Part shown: positions 61,310-64,000 of the stretch, piece by piece | Layout of the letters: each line of letters opens with the position of its first letter | Position numbering within the stretch: the stretch's first letter is position 1 | NCBI GenBank assembly: GCA_021399395.1 | Contig: JAAFKJ010000047.1 | Span: 8,447 to 72,446 of the forward strand | Length of the DNA stretch: 64,000 nucleotides | DNA from: Candidatus Heimdallarchaeota archaeon | GTDB lineage: Archaea; Asgardarchaeota; Heimdallarchaeia; Heimdallarchaeales; Heimdallarchaeaceae | Reading direction: 5' to 3' | Program-made: the position numbers and the translations under genes | The notes under the pieces: model-generated | What the model was told of the DNA's origin: nothing | The model's database searches: none | What the model saw: only the letters and a program-made list of their open reading frames with translations

Positions 61310-62194
61310 TTAAAAGAACACTATATACTTAGAAACCACCCAACCAAATAATACTAACAAAAGAGAAAGGAAAACGGGTATAGGTAAACCGGGAAACCGC
61401 CCATATCTTATCAACATGTTTTCTGTCATTTTTATACCTACAAGTATCCCAACGATTGTTGTAAAACCAAGAATTGGTCCTAAATCCTTTGTAACGAACG
61501 TAACAAGTGACGAATAAAACACAAAATCCCCTATTCCTATTGCGATACTAGTTTTCATTGCTAGCGTTTTATCTGTGGATAACGACATATTTGTTTTCTT
61601 CAATAACTGGTTAATTGGGCCTTTAAAGACAGAGTATATATCGAAGAGAGAAATACAAATCAAAAGTGAAAGAAAAGAAGCTATTGGAAAAACAGAACCA
61701 AAAACTGTACCCATGGCAAGTCCAAGAATAAATATTAGAGAGTTTTTCAAAATAATACCGGATTTTTCTAATATTATCGCATAAACCGTAAATCCCCCAA
61801 CAATAAATCCTATTACAGCTAAAAGAATCTCTAACCAAAAAGAGCTCATCGAAAAAGATACCTCTAAAAGATATCCATGTATCCAGAAGATACTGACAGA
61901 GGAAATGAAGAAAATAAAAGCATAAATGATTTTTAACAGTTTAACAAGATTTTTTCTAATTGCAATGATAATCAGAAATGAACTCGCAATTGTTACAGAT
62001 ACAAGAATTACTCCCTCCAAGATCTGAAAGGAATATACTTCTCCACTAGATGGAAAAAGATATAGAAGAGGTTCTATTGATGAATAAATGATGCCCACAA
62101 TATAGCTGATAACTAAAAATGGCATCATCACAAGAATTGTGGGCCTGCTTGTTTTATATGCAATCAATAAGAAAATTCCTTTTTTATCAGTCAA
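61310..62194 (-). CDS. Presenilin-family intramembrane aspartyl protease
   Basis: About nine TMs; ISLFDIYSVFKGP, GIGDFVFYSSLV, PGLPIP. Confidence 0.88.
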   Translation of the reverse strand: MTDKKGIFLLIAYKTSRPTILVMMPFLVISYIVGIIYSSIEPLLYLFPSSGEVYSFQILEGVILVSVTIASSFLIIIAIRKNLVKLLKIIYAFIFFISSVSIFWIHGYLLEVSFSMSSFWLEILLAVIGFIVGGFTVYAIILEKSGIILKNSLIFILGLAMGTVFGSVFPIASFLSLLICISLFDIYSVFKGPINQLLKKTNMSLSTDKTLAMKTSIAIGIGDFVFYSSLVTFVTKDLGPILGFTTIVGILVGIKMTENMLIRYGRFPGLPIPVFLSLLLVLFGWVVSKYIVFF

Positions 62195-62239
62195 TTCTTA
62201 CACCTTCATTCTATGTTTTTTGCGTGTAAAATAGTACTG

Positions 62240-62662
62240 CTACCCGCTATAATGTAATTTTATCTTATCTCCTTCTTGTAAATAGTAGTGACTAACCCCC
62301 ACCGGGGAAATAACCCAATTTTCTTGATCATAATCATAATAATAGAATCTCCAATAGTCAGGAAGTTCCTCCAAATATCCATTAACTCCTACTATATAAG
62401 CTCCAAAAGAGTGGTTTTCAAGAGTCAATTCAACAACGAGAGCAAATGCTTCAAGGGCAGAACTGCCCTCAGTAACATTGATGTTATACTCTTCAGGGTT
62501 GGCATCTATTTTTAAACTTCCAAAATGAATGACCACTTGAATCTCAATTTCCTTGTCACTCTCGTTAACCTTTTGGAATTGAATATAGAAGGATAATAGT
62601 AAACTCAATGAAACAATGAGAATAATTGCAAGAATTAGAAAAAGTAATTTTGAGCGCTTCAT
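62240..62662 (-). CDS. DUF4430 (transcobalamin beta-domain-like) membrane-anchored protein
   Basis: N-terminal TM; G.YI.GVNG, YW.FY, SPVGVS.Y.L.EGD.I...Y. Confidence 0.8.
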   Translation of the reverse strand: MKRSKLLFLILAIILIVSLSLLLSFYIQFQKVNESDKEIEIQVVIHFGSLKIDANPEEYNINVTEGSSALEAFALVVELTLENHSFGAYIVGVNGYLEELPDYWRFYYYDYDQENWVISPVGVSHYYLQEGDKIKLHYSG

Positions 62663-63300
62663 CTGTTTTTCCTGTTTAAGTTCTCTTTACTTTCATCATT
62701 TCTGGTGAAAGAAGGCAACATCAACTGTTTGATTCCTCTTACTTGGAATGCAGACATAATCCAGTTAATTACTGTTATTGATAAACTGAACAGTACAAAA
62801 CTACTGATAACATGAGAAATAGTAAAAGGAACCCCAAGTATCAGAAGATCCAGATAGTAGGCAAAAGACTGATCTGGTATCAATACTACTTGAAACCCGA
62901 AAGTTACAACAAGATCATAGAATAATGCAAAAAGTGAACCAAATACACCTAATTCCCAGAAAGAAAGCTTTAGAAAACCCTTCCTAGCGATTCCCGCTAT
63001 AAGAGCAAGAATGACATAACATGCCAACTTGAAGACAATAAGATATGAGGCGGGTCCGACAAGTGCTGTAGCTACAAATTCAAACACTAATGTTGTAGAA
63101 ATAGCTGTCAATAAACCATAATTCACACCAAATAATATCGACACTAAGTAGATAGTCACTGATATAAATTCAAAGTTTGGAACAATAACTACAACTATTG
63201 ATAATACAATTCCTAAACTTCCTAATGAAGCTGATATAGCCATTTTCAATATAGTCTCAATTTTACTTGATTGAGTTTGTTCTTTATTTCTAATTTTCAT
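62659..63300 (-). CDS. ECF transporter S component (CbrT-like)
   Basis: About six TMs, VPNFE..S......FG...G and G.PF...H..S motifs; coupled to DUF4430. Confidence 0.75.
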   Translation of the reverse strand: MKIRNKEQTQSSKIETILKMAISASLGSLGIVLSIVVVIVPNFEFISVTIYLVSILFGVNYGLLTAISTTLVFEFVATALVGPASYLIVFKLACYVILALIAGIARKGFLKLSFWELGVFGSLFALFYDLVVTFGFQVVLIPDQSFAYYLDLLILGVPFTISHVISSFVLFSLSITVINWIMSAFQVRGIKQLMLPSFTRNDESKENLNRKNR

Positions 63301-63459
63301 CTTACGTTACCAGTGACTTCTGTTTCTTTTTCTATGAACCTTTAGTATCTGTAAAATTAAAAGATATTAGTGCTTTTCCTTCTTTAATATTCAGATATTG
63401 AGTTATCAATCAGTTGCGACTAACTCAACATTTTTCAACACAGCAGATGGTTTTATCTC

Positions 63460-63927
63460 ATGGAAAAGGAACCTTCTCCAAATACTCAGGAATTACATAA
63501 AGTAATCAAAATAGATGTTTTTACTGCAAGTCCTGATGTTTTCAGCACTGAAGAAGGTGCGGACGGTACATACCTAGTAGAGATGCCTTTACTTAATTTC
63601 GAGCTTGAAAATGGTGAGAATTTCCTTATGACTAGTATTCCTGCATCCATTGCCGTGGACATAGCTAGAAGACTAAATGGTGTTGAAGGAACAGATGATC
63701 GATTGACAATAGGTGAATTAGTACCAGAAGTTTGTATTGTTGAAAAGATTACAATAGATTCCATTGTTCCTTATTCCAATGCCTATCAAGCAACAGTTGA
63801 GATCAGACTTGAAGGTTTCTCCGAGATTCATCATTTTCAAATGATACCGAGTCATGCAACTCTTCTGGCACTAATAGCTAATGTAGATATATATATCGCC
63901 GATAGTCTGATACGATCACCAGAGTAA
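63460..63927 (+). CDS. Bifunctional nuclease (DUF151)-like protein
   Basis: A..IA..L, R.TI.EL, ITID, YQATV, PS.A..LAL......IYI pattern. Confidence 0.65.
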   Translation: MEKEPSPNTQELHKVIKIDVFTASPDVFSTEEGADGTYLVEMPLLNFELENGENFLMTSIPASIAVDIARRLNGVEGTDDRLTIGELVPEVCIVEKITIDSIVPYSNAYQATVEIRLEGFSEIHHFQMIPSHATLLALIANVDIYIADSLIRSPE

Positions 63928-64000
63928 TCTCTGAAAAATCAATTTCAGTCTTCTCAGTTTAATAAAATATTTAAATTATAGGCTAATCATTAGTTTAACA

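Noticed and set aside
63301-63459. Cobalamin riboswitch upstream of the CbrT-like gene
   Set aside because: AT-rich, with no B12-box or AGGGAA/GCCACUG core on the minus strand.
1-64000. CRISPR array, transposase, prophage or defence island
   Set aside because: No regularly spaced repeats or mobile-element motifs seen by eye; the only repeats found are two short in-frame duplications.

Overview
Gene-dense, AT-rich archaeal chromosome segment. An Asgard archaeon (possibly Heimdallarchaeia) is inferred from eS26, a ribophorin-I homologue, a eukaryote-like presenilin, a bacterial/eukaryal-type MetK, EgsA, aCPSF1/FttA and a tRNA with a bulge-helix-bulge (BHB) intron. Most of the window is housekeeping: ribosome biogenesis and initiation (nmd3, aIF2-beta, aIF1A, rio1, Dim2-type KH, nop2-nip7), metG, mutSL, deoC, metK, egsA, eno, thiL, trmI, trmY, peptidases and tRNA-Arg(TCG). 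The most unusual region is 9-24.5 kb. It holds three GT4s, a GT2, a GT-C-like membrane protein, an ArnD-like deacylase, an exosortase and a ribophorin I. These surround a divergent pair: a BpsA-fold SAM-dependent transferase with an altered active site (GDSD, DPPY) and an MccE-like PLP decarboxylase. I infer an undescribed pathway making an aminopropylated amino-sugar glycan or glycolipid, possibly a GPI-like protein anchor. Also notable: an unannotated ~270-nt GC-rich structured ncRNA candidate at 45.4-45.7 kb, a CdrS-like RHH gene missed by the ORF track, and an SDR gene with two compensating frameshifts. No CRISPR array, transposase, integrase or rRNA was seen. All family calls come from motif recognition by eye; no database searches were run.
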